NCBI GenBank assembly: GCA_051294905.1
Contig: CM119372.1
Coordinates: 9,240,001 to 9,304,000 of the forward strand
Reading direction: 5' to 3'
Source: Botryllus schlosseri
Lineage: Eukaryota
DNA: 64,000 nt
In this document: in pieces, positions 37,401-51,100 of the stretch
Layout: each line of letters opens with the position of its first letter
Position numbering within the stretch: the stretch's first letter is position 1
Made by a program: the position numbers and the translations under genes
The notes under the pieces: generated by a model
The model's database searches: none
What the model saw: the letters and a program-made list of their open reading frames with translations, nothing else
Told to the model about the DNA's origin: nothing

Positions 37401-40400
37401 TTGTATAACCTCAGTACTCGAAGACCTCGTCTCACACTGCGCGACTCGAATCATTAGAATAAATACTCGATTCAGATTTGTGTACTCGAATCATTGTGCA
37501 CAGCACTGTTCATTACCCACTTCTGATTCTTCTGGGTCTTCATTCCCGACAACCTAATACCCCTATATCCTTGCCTTTAAAATGTTCCCTCCAATAAATT
37601 TGGTAAGACTTTGTTCAGAAAGGACTTGCAGTTGGCGAAAGTTACGAACCGACAGAATTGATAGTGACGACCCGTGTAAAGAAAAGGAATAATTGTGGTA
37701 GTTGGTCATAATTTTACTTCACAAACGTGAATCCGAGGTCTAAATAAGATGGTCGGGTTTTATTTAAACTTTAGTCATTACTCATTACGTTCTATCAAAT
37801 TTTAAGGTTTACCAGGGTGATATATGCCGGATATAACGGGCCTGCTATTTGCTTATTTCGGTATCAGTATCAGTTATATTAAGAATGTCATCATTTCAAG
37901 ACACCACAAGACTGCGGTACAATGAAATGATAGGAAGGTGTCGAAACGACATGGAGCAGTCACCTGGTCGATGTAAAGAGGCGGCATGCACACTGAATGA
38001 AAAGTGATAGAAGTTAATACAAGAGGACAATCGACAAAATGAGGTGGCATGTGACGGAAGGCGAGATCGATATGCCTGGTCGTGGTCCGCTAAACTTGCG
38101 GGTTGACTAGTATTTGAGTGCACCCAATATCTCTGGGACGTCTGGTTGTAGGCAATCGCATTTTCCTGCGACATAAAACTTCTTGTGTACCGGTAACTCG
38201 CGGGATTCTGCGAGCGTTTTGTTGCACGCCGTGCTAGGCCTATACATGTGCCAGACGCGTTTGCGAGGCCAATATTGGTTATCCAGACTCCAGAATCATT
38301 TTTTGTGCATAAAAACGCAATAGAATTATTGACGCCATAGAGTCTAGAGCAGTGAAGTGGTATCCATTCGTGATGTTGCGCCTCTGTCCACCTGTATATT
38401 TAGGGTTACCATATTTGAGAAGGAAGAAACCGGACGAGAAGACGACTAATTTGAAAATATTTCTAGAAATACTGATGTGTTGGCTAGAAAGCAAAAGAGA
38501 AAATCGGTTGCCGGAAGACCCGCTCCAAGGTCATTTTTAGTCATCCTAGCTATAAAGGAGGACGAATTGCCAAAAACGAGAACATTCTCGATTTCTTGAA
38601 AAAGGTGCAGAAATCCCCCTAGAGGAGGACTTTTGGTAACCCTAGTATATACCATATCTATAGTCTGTTTTTCAAGAACGCCCCCCCCCCCAGCATCAGA
38701 AATCCACGAATTCCTCAAAAGTATGGGCAATTCCGCACCGGTTGGGAACCACTCCATTCAATTTCTTCATTTGTTTCATGTTTTATAGGTTACTCGTTTC
38801 TCAGCGGTTCCACCGCTGCTGCTATTATTGGCAAAAACCACGTTAAAAGAGAAGTACGATGTATCTTCACTGATAACTATTAGCAGCGGAGCTGCCCCGC
38901 TACCATCCGACGTAGCGGAGTCGATAAAGAAACGCTATGATTGCAATGTGATACAGGGTAAGTCGCATGCACACTGTACAGTGTACACTTGTACAAATGC
39001 AACATTGATGGTTTTCTATTGACAGGGTGGGGTCTTACCGAAGCGGTACCGGTTGGATTCTCTGAACCTGAAGTAGTGCCCGTAGAATCAGTCGGCCGAA
39101 TCGTTCCCAATACCAAGTTGAAGGCGAGACTATAAATTTAACTCAGTCAATCTCGCAAAAATCATCAGTGATGTTCTGGTTGTGTAGATCATCGATGTTT
39201 CCACTGGACAGGAGGTCGGTCCTCATCAGAATGGAGAAGTATGCATCAAAGGACCCCAGGTATAGGTTATAATGATTGTTTCAATTATATGTGACTCGCT
39301 TGAGGTTGAAATTGCTGATACAACTTGTTAGCCGGTGACGAACTTTGTCTTGCATTGAAGATCAACAATTAATTATTGAACAATAGTGCTGTTGTGCTAC
39401 ACATGTAGGGCCTATATTCACTATTGCCTGATTGCCCACCGGTAAGTTTGTCACGTATAGCAGCTGCGACTTCTTATAGAAGTTCATTGCACAATTTTCG
39501 AATTGACTACGGTACTGCGAGCATCTAAAACGCACCGACTGATGCTTTGAAATGTCTATCTCTTAATGATCTGTAACTCTGTCCTGTTGTATTCAGAAGT
39601 TTAACATTGAAGATTTCTCTTTTGGCATATATAATATGATAATCATAAAAAGCCAGACCGATTGTAATCATGATTAGGGCTGGGCACAATGATTCGAGTA
39701 CTCGAATCTGAATCGAGTATTAAATTTAATGATTCGAGTCGAGTTGTAAAAGACGAATTTTTCGAGTACTGAAATTATACGCTTCTCGCCACTGAAAGTT
39801 AATTTATCAACGAGAATTATAGTTTCGATGCTAATTTTCACTGTTGAAGTCTTGAAACCTTGATCGGCGGTATCGCAGCATACGAAACATAAGTTCAAGC
39901 TACGAACGTTACTGGACGTAGCACATTTCCGAAGTCATGATTATCCCACAACATTGTCACCAAGTGGAATGGAATCGGTATGGTCGAAAAAATACCAATG
40001 TATCATTTATGAGATGTATAAAGGCATTATATTCCTGGTGGTGGCATAAACGGTGCATATTTGAAATTTGACGTATTACATTCTTTTATGACGTCATAAT
40101 GAGTGATACTCGATTACTCGATTACTCGACTCGACTCGAAGCATATTACGTGATTCAGAATCGAATCACTCAGGTACTCGATTTTACCCAGCCCTAATCA
40201 TGATCGGTCCGCCGATAATATCGAGTCGATATCACACCGTGAAAGAAATATAGGTATCGATCATTAAACGTAATATAATATTGGCAATTTTCGTGACGTC
40301 ACAACATGGTAGTAGGAAGTCAGAGAACTATAATAATCTGGGACTATTGATATTCATACAACTTACAGATGTTCAGATAGAGCCGTTCTTGTTTATTTCA

Positions 40401-43400
40401 TGTCCGAGCATGGCAATGACTTCATGTTGTTCTAATGAACGCTCCGAAGTTTTTGAAATGAGCGTTAATCTGCTTGCCATATCTGTTGAACAACAGCTCA
40501 ATATACATCGGTCTTCTCGGCGAAGATGCTTTTTATCGGCTTCTTCGGTATCGGCTCAAAAATCCGATATCGGTCGGGCTCACAGTCGTAATACTACCGA
40601 ATGAAGTTAAAGATTTTTCTGGAATAATCGTTGGTATTAAAGCGTGGGTTTCTAGGTTATGAAAGGATACTTCAAAAATCCCACGGCAACACGGAATGCT
40701 ATCGACGTGGATGGATGGCTGCACACCGGCGACATTGGATACTACGATGACAACGAGTTAATTTATATTGTTGATAGGCTGAAGGAATTGATAAAATACA
40801 AGGGTTTTCAGGTAAGTCAGCGCAGCGATACGCCATTCTCGTTATTTTACAAATGTGACCCAGGAAGTCAGCTTAATGGCGACTTCGTAAACTTAAGGTA
40901 ACGTAGGCTACATTGTAGTAGCAGGTAATTATCTGCAAATGTAATGATTGAGCATTAGGGCTCTTCAAAAATGACTTCTTTTCTCAAATCGTACTGGCTC
41001 CTTGATAAAATTGTTAGGTTACTTAATTTAAGCCTACACACAAAATTCGGTTCAATTCCAGCCAGTAACCGCTTTGCTACAGGAGAAGAAAGTTTCTATA
41101 TATATCATATAAAAATAAATGATAAAAAATTTGAAAATTTTCTGTGCACCCCATGAAAGTGTTAGGCTGTATATAGAAACGATCCTCACCAAATTTGGTT
41201 CAATTCCAACCAGTGGAAGCGGAGTTATTGCCGTCAAAAATTTTTGATTTGAATAGAATAGTATTTACGGTGAGCACAGCTATAATAAATAAACAAAGAA
41301 ACGGTCACCGTAAATACTATTTTATTCAAATCCAAATTTTTCGACGGCAATAACTCCGCTTCCACTGGTTGGAATTGAACCAAATTTGGTCAGCATCGTT
41401 TCTATAGACACCCTAACACTTTCATGAGGTGAACAGAAAATTTTCAAATATTTTTATTATTTATTTTTATATAATAAATATAAACTTTCTTCTCCTGTAG
41501 CAAAGCGGTTACTCGCTGGAATTAAACCAAATTTTGTGTGTAGGCCTAAATTAGGCAACCTAACAATTTTATCAAGTAGCCAGTACGTTTTGAGAAAAAA
41601 AGTCATTTTTGAAGAGCCCTATTGAGCATATTAGAATTTCGAACAGGCCTCCACCAAGGGCGGCTAACTATCGGGCCAGGGGCCACCAGGGGCGGCTATC
41701 TCACTACTCAGTGAAATCGCAGACAGTTCTGTCATGATAAATTAGTATGTGTCCACGTTCTAGCCGGGCGAATCGCGGAAATAATTCAAATTTTACGAAT
41801 GAATTCGGTCAGTAATATTGATACTTTCATATATTGCGGGTCGCATTTCTACCGCATTTGACGCCTGGACACATCGGGGGTTTCAGCCAACATGCGTCGC
41901 TCATTTTGGGTCAAAGGTTCAGAGACGACAATCCATCTGGTAGCTCATACGCACTCGCGAAGTCGTATGTTTACCGACAATTTATGTATCTTAGTGAGAA
42001 GGCTGTCGCCGAAATGCCGGTTCCGCGGGCTGTATATCACTAGACTAGACTAAATCACCCCAATGGCCTCAAGCGATACCAGGAACATCCCGTCTCAATA
42101 TTGGGAATATAGTCAGACTCAACTCTATAAATTAGGCGTATTTTTACATTTTTATTTTTCGGGAAGGTTACTAAACGTAACAAATTTAGTGGCACTAAAT
42201 CGCGTAGAAAAACTTTAAGTTACATAAACCTGCCGCGAAATACCACACGTTTTGAATAATTCAGAAACATTTACGAAAAATGTGCGGATTCGCTTCCCCT
42301 GGCTACGAAAATGCGCCGGAACTGTGTTATTACTGACATCCTAAAACTTGCGATCAGGTTAATCAAATATTTGGTTTGACCTTGCCAGTTCGCAACAAAT
42401 TGTGTGGGCATTTTAGTTTTTGATAATATAACTAATTTCAACAATTACCGCGCGGGCCACTCAAAACTATCTTGCGGGTCACCGGTTGGCCCCCTGGCGT
42501 ACACCCATGAATATATCCATGTTGAATTTTATGAAACGCGTTTTAAAAAGACTTTCTGTATATAATTATGTATAATCTTCGTAGAGATATAATCCACTAT
42601 CGTTCTATTAGGTTGCCCCAGCTGAACTGGAAGCGTTGTTAGTCTCCCATCCCAAGATAGCAGATGCTGCGGTTGTGGGTGTTCCTGATGTGGAAGCTGG
42701 TGAAGTAGCGAAGGCTTTTGTTGTTCGCGCGGACGACTCTCTCACGAGACAAGACATACACAACTTCCTTGCAGGTAACATTGACTACTTAATAAACGAA
42801 TCCTAATACGTCACAACGTTGGACGACCGCAGACCAGTAGGGCCGTCGTTCATGTATGTTCACACGAGTAGAGATATTTTACACGTCAATGTCAACCTTT
42901 ACTTGCTTGTCTGCGTGTGCGTTCCTAAGCCCATTAACTTTGTCTCATTGGCCATAAATACTCGCTATAGCTCTATAATATATACAATGGAACAATATCC
43001 TACAGCCGGGAGGGCGGCATATGGGCCATACGAGACGGGAAGGCTCGTGGACAGTTTACCATCTCACATGATAATGTGGCCCGCAGCCCCACTCTGCCGA
43101 GATTCACCACTACTTGCTTACTACGTCACATATTTGTGACTGTATGTTATTATATACGTGTGCGCGCAGCGTGCGAGAATGGAGCTCAAGTGTAAGTTCG
43201 TCAAAGCGAGAAGACTTGCATTGTCGGCATTTACGATGTACTCAACCATAATGAATTGATATCTTGGTAAATTTGGGGTACCGGGCTTATGGAAGACCTT
43301 GGAATCTTAATTGAGGATTGCACCGCGTGTTGATTGATCTGAGATAAGCATACAATGCTATTCTCAAATCTACAATGTCTTCGTAATTATCGTCGAGAAA

Positions 43401-43940
43401 TGGCTTTTGCTGTCGTTAAAATACGCCATTACATACGATTTATTTCTTGTATATGTGGATAAATGGGGGGATAATATATCGATTCAGGAATCCGGCCCGC
43501 CAAGTATCTAATTTTCCTATATCCGGCCCGCCGACTGGAGAAGTTGCCCGCCTCTGTCTTACAGTCAAATATTGTGAATAATGGAGTGATGTTACGAATA
43601 TCAATCGTGTTGCATTGAAGCTGAATGACGTCAGAATGTTCAAATTGAAAATGTCCCTGCAATATAACTCTAGTTGTTGTTCAAGTACCGATTATCGAGG
43701 ACTGAATAGTGCAGAGATTAGTCTGTTTAAATTTACGCAGTACTAATTCTTATACGGAGATTCTTATACAATAGTACAGCATCATATATATTTGAGATCT
43801 TTCTGGTCGCAGGCAAAGTTTCGAAGTACAAGTATCTGCATGGTGGCATAGAATTCCGTACGATCATCGAGAAGTCACCCGCCGGCAAAATATTGAGGAG
43901 ATTTTACAGACAACAGTCAACTTCTAAAGCGAAATTGTGA
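31403..43940 (+). CDS. Peroxisomal ANL-superfamily acyl-CoA synthetase, firefly luciferase/4-coumarate-CoA ligase-like, paralog 1, 523 aa. join(31403-31504,31613-31820,32200-32306,35780-35852,35908-36040,36191-36353,38789-38957,39026-39123,39188-39259,40656-40811,42612-42774,43813-43940)
   Basis: In-frame 1572-nt model with [77 protein letters not shown] and GKILRR. C-terminal AKL is a PTS1. Intron 8 is GC-AG. Confidence 0.95.
33168..35011. mobile_element. Family-B hAT element, middle layer of the nest
   Basis: Ends (ca)tagtgacgtgcggtg / gatcacacgtcactg; degenerate TSD gattacac / cattatac; homologous to the elements at 23125 and 55218. Confidence 0.75.
33920..34745. mobile_element. Innermost hAT (Buster-like) MITE of the nest
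   Basis: TIRs cagaggtctcaaac / gtttgagatctctg; perfect TSD ttttaacc. Confidence 0.92.
34961..35352 (+). repeat. 196-bp tandem duplication, 2 copies
   Basis: 34961-35156 and 35157-35352 appear identical apart from one substitution (tatact / tatgct). Confidence 0.95.
36377..37508. mobile_element. ACTCG-rich hAT MITE (inverted relative to 39675-40196) interrupted by another repeat with a gattagc tandem tail
   Basis: 37445-37505 is the reverse complement of 39678-39742. The inner segment at about 36780-37385 is homologous to about 59980-60450, 61190-61250 and 62238-62328. Confidence 0.7.
37895..38130 (+). repeat. Dispersed repeat of unknown class; second copy at about 59120-59370
   Basis: Shared blocks acaccacaagactgcg, gaaggtgtcgaaacgac, cacactgaatgaaaagt and ggaaggcgagatcgatatg. 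Confidence 0.75.
39675..40196. mobile_element. hAT MITE with TAGGG termini and ACTCG subterminal repeats
   Basis: tagggctggg / cccagcccta; perfect TSD atcatgat. Confidence 0.92.
40956..41621. mobile_element. Foldback (palindromic) hAT-type element with arms of about 320 bp
   Basis: tagggctcttcaaaaatgac / gtcatttttgaagagcccta. The arms are complementary through to a spacer of about 25 nt at 41277-41301. Perfect TSD ttgagcat. Confidence 0.95.
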
Positions 43941-45188
43941 TTGTGCGATACTTCGACCTGGATCAGCACGAATATTTTGTGGATGCTATATATGCCATAT
44001 GACAACCATATGATACCTTTAGAAATTTCAATTACAAAATATGCATTATATTTGATCGATTGTATAAATTTTATTGTCACTATAATATAATTTCAACTTT
44101 CTCGCAACGTATGCTGGCTTTTTATATTTTCATTTCAATGTGCAAAATCAGTCGCAATGAGTCTATGTGTGTGTCGTGATCAGTAACATGGAAAGTGCCG
44201 AGATGCATTTAGGGATGGTACGAACGTTCTGTTCGCGTTCGCATTCGTTCGGCGAACCGCGATATATCAAAGAGTCAGGTTATGCACATTCTTGAAAAAC
44301 AAAATAGCATATTATTTGATCAAAATTACAACATCTTATCAATCGAATGACGATGACTACAACTAAAGAAAGGATCACAAACACAAAACCAAAATAGACA
44401 TATGGCAGGGACGACCAAGCCGTGGCCCTCAAGGAGGATTTGAGTGGCCCGCGAGGTAATTTCGAAATTAGATCTATTGTCAAAAATTTCCCCAGTAAGT
44501 ATTGTGAACTTGCAGGGCTAACCAAATAATTGATAAGCTAGACCGCGCAATATGACCATGAAGTAGAATACTTCGTGGTAGATGTATTTGACTTGAAGTT
44601 CTTCAAAGCACTTCGCAGGATTCAATGCCACGGCGCAAGGATTTGTCCTCCTTTTTCAGGAAAGTGAAAATACCCTCCGAGGCCGCCGAAATGTCATCCT
44701 TTTTGGCAGTTCGTCCTTCTTTACAGCTGTTACAGCTAGTGCTAGGCTAATGGACAGGGCTAACTGAAAATCGGCATATATATGATGCGAAATAGGTATT
44801 ACGTTTGAATGGGTAATTCGGGAGCCTAGTCAAAGTGATGACCTTTTTTCAGTCAACACAACAAGATTTCCAATAATTATTGCAAAACCATCTGTTTTCT
44901 ATTTCGGTAAACTAACTTTTATGATTTCATAAAAGCGTCCTCCTTTCTCGATTCCAAAATATGGTAAACGTACACCAAGCGCTCTCTGAATAATGATCAG
45001 TGCTGCGGCAATACCATATTACAGACAGGCAGGTAAATAGTGATTTATAGCTCGCGGGCCTGAACAATTGGAGCATAGTGTTAATGATTGATCAAAATAT
45101 CCCCTCGGCGGATTTGTGAAGTTACGCAATATTATGCGCGCGCCATAGGCTTCGGAACAGACGAGCGATACCTATAGCTGAACTAGGA

Positions 45189-48100
45189 ATGCCGCTTGTA
45201 AGCAGATTCGCTGATGTGGTCATTCCCGAACTAAGCTTTGCAGATTATATTTTCCGGGCTTTGAGAAGAGGTGGGGACCGCGTAGCAATTGTAAGTAAGT
45301 TCGAGTTAGTGACGTGTTGCATAGCATCCCAGTTGTTGTTCTGATATTTTGCAGGATTCGTATTCCTGTAAAACGTTGAATTGAATGTAACATACCAGCG
45401 TAGCCTATTAACCTAAATTTTACCACGTAATTCCAGATTAATCCATAATGATATCGCCCCAAGCTCTAATTAGATATGCACAATTATACATCTTCGTCAA
45501 ATATTACAATGTATACATGAATATTTGATAGTCTGGTCGATTGATTTGATAGGTTATGTGACTATTGGATGGCGCGAAGGTTCTGTTGACGTATACGTGT
45601 TCGCATAGCGCGAACCTCGACATTTCAGCGATTCGTGCTCGATTCGTGCAGGGTTGTACCCTATGATTCATGATTTTCATGAACGCTTACATTCCTTTTA
45701 TCACTGAGAATTGAGATTACAGGGGTTAACCGTTAAGTAGTAAAGTTTGATCTCTGCGTTGACTGCTGGAGCGTGCTGCAACTCTAGAAGTTTCAATTCA
45801 TTACAGCTCCATTACGGCTGCGGCCAAAATTTTTCTTTCGTTTTGCCCTTCAATTTGAGACCACATCATTTTTAGAGTGCAGTGCCCCTATGTATCTACC
45901 ACGAACCAGCTATTTGAATATTTTCGAAAAATAGTATGTATTTGTAAACCACCATGTAAGGTACGTCTTGTGAACCTGGGGATACTTCCAATATATTTAC
46001 CGTATAGATTTTGTCTCCGGACCTTCATCTTGTGATGCTAGATGCTACTAGATTTGAGGGCTAATGTAGGAGCAAGCAATGTTGTAAACTTGTGTATTTG
46101 GAGACCGGTCCGCCGAACTAATTTAATTTTGAAAAGGTTGGCGACCACTGTGCTTGGCAATATCCAATATACGGGGATACCAATAGATGTGGGCTGTGAT
46201 GTTTCAGCCACAGTCTGCAAGTCTACTATTGCATGACTATTGTATGAGAACCATTATTAAACGTATATGCAAGATGCAAAAGCAAGCATACAATTTTGAC
46301 AACATTTTTGACGAGACAAGTCATTTATTGCGGCCATGTATGGAGCGATTGCACATATATATCTAAAATGCAAACTGGCCGTTTTATAGCACTCGCATTT
46401 AATATAACAGCATCGCTTTTTCATTCAGATCGAAGCCGTTTCGGGTCGCCAATGGACATTTCTGCAAATCGCCGACGAATCCGCTAAATGCGCCAGCGCG
46501 TTGTTTAGGAATGGGTTGAAGAAGGGCGACGTGGTTGCCACATGCTCTTCCAATTGCGCGGAATACGTCGTGGTCATCCTCGCTGTGGCAGCATGCGGGG
46601 CAATCATTACCACATGCAATCCTCTCTACACTGTAGGTACGCAGCTTCAATCAGTCACTCAATCAAGTTCATTTTGTTATCATGATCTATAGTTTGTACA
46701 TCGTGTAAGAGAATATTGGAAAATGATATCAGGGCGGCGGTGAAGAATACGAAATCATCTAGTAAACGTCTGTCTGAGTTCAACAGCAGCATAAGTTATG
46801 TTCTGATTAGGAAGTAAATAGCTAATATCATGTGTTTTTAAACATATCATACTAAATGAAGCCATTTTCATAAATTCACGAAGATAGAGAATAATATGTA
46901 GCAGCAAAGGAATATGCATAATATATGCATTGGTACATATGATTTATAATATAATAGTGACTACATGCAGAATAATTACATGAAACGATGAATAATATTA
47001 TATATTGGTCAATTATTAATTCACTAAGATTTGAATATTGCGGGGGATATATTTCTTCGTATCTTTAGATGAAATTAGCCACCAATTCCGAAACTCTCAG
47101 CCGAAGTTTGTATTCGTGGATACGTCAGCGTATGAGAAGGTATCAAAAGTGGCAAAGTCGATGAGTTCAATTCAGGTGGGATATCCCTGTTTAAGCTTTT
47201 CATTGACTGTAATTCGCCTGGCACCATGTCTTTACATGAGGGGGTATAGCTTGACCAAATTTTCACGACATATACTGCAGGGATTTCTAGAAGTTCTAGA
47301 TTCTTCACTACACAGTGTCGTCAATTAACTTATGACGTCATTCATGATGCTGAGTTAAGGAGGGGTAAAGATGCGTGTGTTTTGCTCGCCTTGAAATATT
47401 GATGTCAATGGTTGTCGGATGCTAAGCAGCACATCAATTGGATAGTACCGATGCATGCCCACCCGGGCATCAGATATGTAGATTATATAAATGTTGTTCA
47501 AGCGCATATGTGCCTTGTTATTTCCAATAGAAAATGTATACTGTTGGTGATTCGAAAGATTGCGAGTCGTACGCAACACTCCTCTCGGGGGAAGATGGTT
47601 CCGGTGAGCATTACTATATATATCAATTTTCAAGTAGTTTGGGTTTAAACTGCTTCTGTTGTTGCTAAGCATGATAAGGCTTACGAAATGCAGTTGGGGG
47701 GAAGCGATGACGATTGATATCGATTTATGCCCTCGGTTTTAGAAACTAATTGGTGAAAATGAAAAAATCGCGGCTTATAACATTTATTATTGCATTTTTT
47801 TAATTCACAGCCTTTCCGCGTAATGTCCAAATTGATCCAAGGGAAGATATTCTTTTTTTACCGTACTCAAGCGGAACAACTGGACTTTCTAAAGGCGTGA
47901 TGCTGACTCATTACAATTTTGTGTCCCTGCTCACCATCAGCCAGTAAGATTCCTGAAACGGAAACCGACAGTTCCTGCATTGATTCGAACGTGCTACAAT
48001 CTGGGAAGCCGATTACATTGCCGAAATCACTTTTCAGAGTGAACCCGTTATTCTTGTCCGACTGCCGCTACTCCGTGTTGCCGATTTTCCACATTTTCGG

Positions 48101-51100
48101 ACTGATGGTGGCGTTCCGCGCTTTGGCTCAGGGAATACGCCACGTATTGGACGTCAGGTTTCGTCTTCGTAATGTCTTTTCGTGCATCGAAAAGTACAAG
48201 GTCGGTCAGACGGCGACTCCTATGTTTTTACAAAATGCTCTCATGCAAAATTTATCCCGTGCGACTTGCAGGTGACGCAATTCTCTGGAGTACCACCCAT
48301 GTTACTAATGATGGCCAAGAGTGAACTGGTTGACGATTTCGACTTATCTTCACTGCGATTGATCCACAGTGGAGCTGCACCGCTGCCGTCTAGCATCGCG
48401 GAGTTGATACGGAAGCGATTGGGATGTGAAATAGACCAGGGTTGAGTTTTTATAGCATATGGTGTTTCGTCATCCATGGCCATTTTAAACCAGGTCGATA
48501 TTGTTATGGATTCTTCCTAAGCTTTTGACTTATATTAAGGTACACTATTGATCTAAAGCAGTGGCTTCTAACCCGCAGAATACTTGAAAGAATCCAAACA
48601 AGCATATTTTTGCTGAGCTATAGATGTAGCACAATACATATCGTAACTAGACATCTAATATATTACTATTGAGTTCTGGCGCACAAAATGAACTGCATTA
48701 ACACGGTGTGAAAATATCGAAATCATCAAAATATAGTTTTCACAGAATATGAAAACTTCATAAAGAATGTTTATCGAACATCAGTGTGATTTTTTCTATT
48801 GCCAGCCAGATACCAGTTTAGAAATACTAGGCTTCGTCTTGAAAAGCGTATGCATTAATGGTCACAACACAGTGGTGCTTATGGCCTTTTAGGCCTTGTG
48901 CTTCACAACACGAATTTCATGTCTTTGCTTTCTGTATTCTCGTGGACTCTCTCGCAGTCATCCTTCAGATCGTTCTCACTCCTATGCGTCCCGATCGAGG
49001 TCGTTGCTGCCGACTTCTAGCTCGGCTCACTTTACGTCTGGGTGTTTCAATGCACTGCAGTTGCAGTGAGGTCGGCGATGAGGACCCCAGATAAGCCTCC
49101 GTCACAGATTTAGCAGTTGACCAGAATCGGGCTTCGAAACCAATTCCGTTGGTGTGGAGACGCTGGTGTTTAACCAACTGGGCAATGCGCTTCCATGGCT
49201 TGGGAAGTGTCATCGTATTGTTCGGTCAAAACGCAACAGTGTGATACCTATTTCTTAATTACAAATGAGCATATAAATATTGGTGATATAATTGGCATTT
49301 CAGAATATCCTGGTTGCGATTTCCAAACCCAACGTCTCCTTCGTACGTCACTGCATACGACGTACCACCACAATTCACAATTCGACTATATACTAATCGG
49401 GCTTATAATTTCCTGTGACCGATGATAGCCAATACGGGCGTATGATGAGATTGATAACAAACCATATGTATGAGCTGAGTGAGTGCGTTGACCTCCACCG
49501 AACCCCTGAGATTGTGTCATGGAACCTCTGGGCCTAGTGTTCCGCGGAACACCGGTTAAGAACCACTGTTTTATATAGACTTTTGTATGACTCCGCTAAT
49601 GCTAACTTTTTGGTGAAGTATACTTCGGTTCTAGCATGCTAAATACTTGGGTAAAAATAACGGAATATTCTATTTTCATGTAGGATGGGGTATGACAGAA
49701 GCGGCGGCAATTATCCTACCGTCAGCAAGCGTTATTCCAATCGAGTCTGTGGGTCGATTAGGTCCCAACTCAACGCTTAAGGCACGGCAGCATGAATTGC
49801 ACGATGTAGTGGAGTTAATCTAACATCATTATTCTGTCTTCTGAATCAGATTATCGATGTTGACACCGGGGAGGAGCTTGGTCAAAATAAAAATGGAGAA
49901 ATATGCGTGAAAGGACCGCAGGTGTGTTTCATCTCCGCTAAGAAAATTTTCCATTGCAAAAATAAAAATTATTATACATTGTTTGATATCAAATATTACA
50001 TTTATATCACGTAAATGAGTTTCGCAATATAAAAGTATTGTAATTAACACCAATTTTACCATCCCGGTATTTTTGTGAGTGAATACATCGCGATTTAACT
50101 GCGTTATCACCATTTGTACTGCGTAGCACAACTAATTGATCGTTGGCTTGATGTGCCTTCTTTGTGATAATACAAGCTCTTCAGCTGGGAAACACTCACC
50201 GTAGCTCACGATCATTGATTGGTCAAGGATTGGATTCTGGTTTCAGGGACATGCACATTGCATATATTACAGGTTATGAAAGGATATTTCAAGAATACGA
50301 AAGCCACTCGTAATTCTATCGATGTTGAAGGGTGGCTGCACACAGGGGATATAGGATACTATGACGAAAACGAGTTCATTTACGTAGTGGACCGCCTGAA
50401 AGAACTTATCAAGTATAAGGGATTTCAGGTATGGTATCGTATACACTTATAGTACACAATTACACATTGCATATAATAGAATACATTGTACCCATTGTAC
50501 ATTATATAATGCACATAGGCTTACATCTTTCAAATCCCATCTAGCAACTGAGCGTTGTAATTTCGATCGACATTCCAGTGTGACGTTGCAACTTGCAAGC
50601 TTTGAAATCCTTCTCCACAGGAGAAAGCCGGAGTATAGGCAATCAGATTTCCCGCGACGTATCCATCACTGCACACTGCACAGTGCATACAGGCTATATA
50701 CAAGCGGTCTTGTCGAACGTAAATGCAAAGTCGACATAGATCGATCTGTAATTTGACACACAAATGCGACTTCAAATACGCTCGACACGACGATTGATTG
50801 TTGCTTCCTAGATCTCAACTCTACGCGGCGGCGCTGCATCTAAACTACTTCATTGTTTATGATTAGGGCTGCATTTAAAACAAAAAGTGTTTTAAAACAC
50901 TTTTTTAAAACATGTTTTAAACAGTGCCGTAAAAAAAGGCCTTAAAAAAATTGTATTTTTTAAGCTGTAAAATTATGCCATAATTGTCTCAATACTTTAC
51001 AAAAAAACATGTTGTATGAGCCTACGGACAATTACCACCCGATGTAGCCGACGTATATCGATATGGGATGGTTGGCACCCTCAAATTAGTCGGTTCAACA

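Noticed and set aside
45865..45960. Segment resembling a degraded exon 1 of ligase 2 (LPRTSY..EYF)
   Set aside because: An intact exon 1 exists at 45189-45290; this stretch has stops and only marginal similarity.
48559..49568. hAT-like ends cagtggcttctaacc / ggttaagaaccactg enclosing a possible LINE 3' fragment
   Set aside because: No convincing TSD and the LINE similarity is too weak to call by eye; probably a decayed TE.
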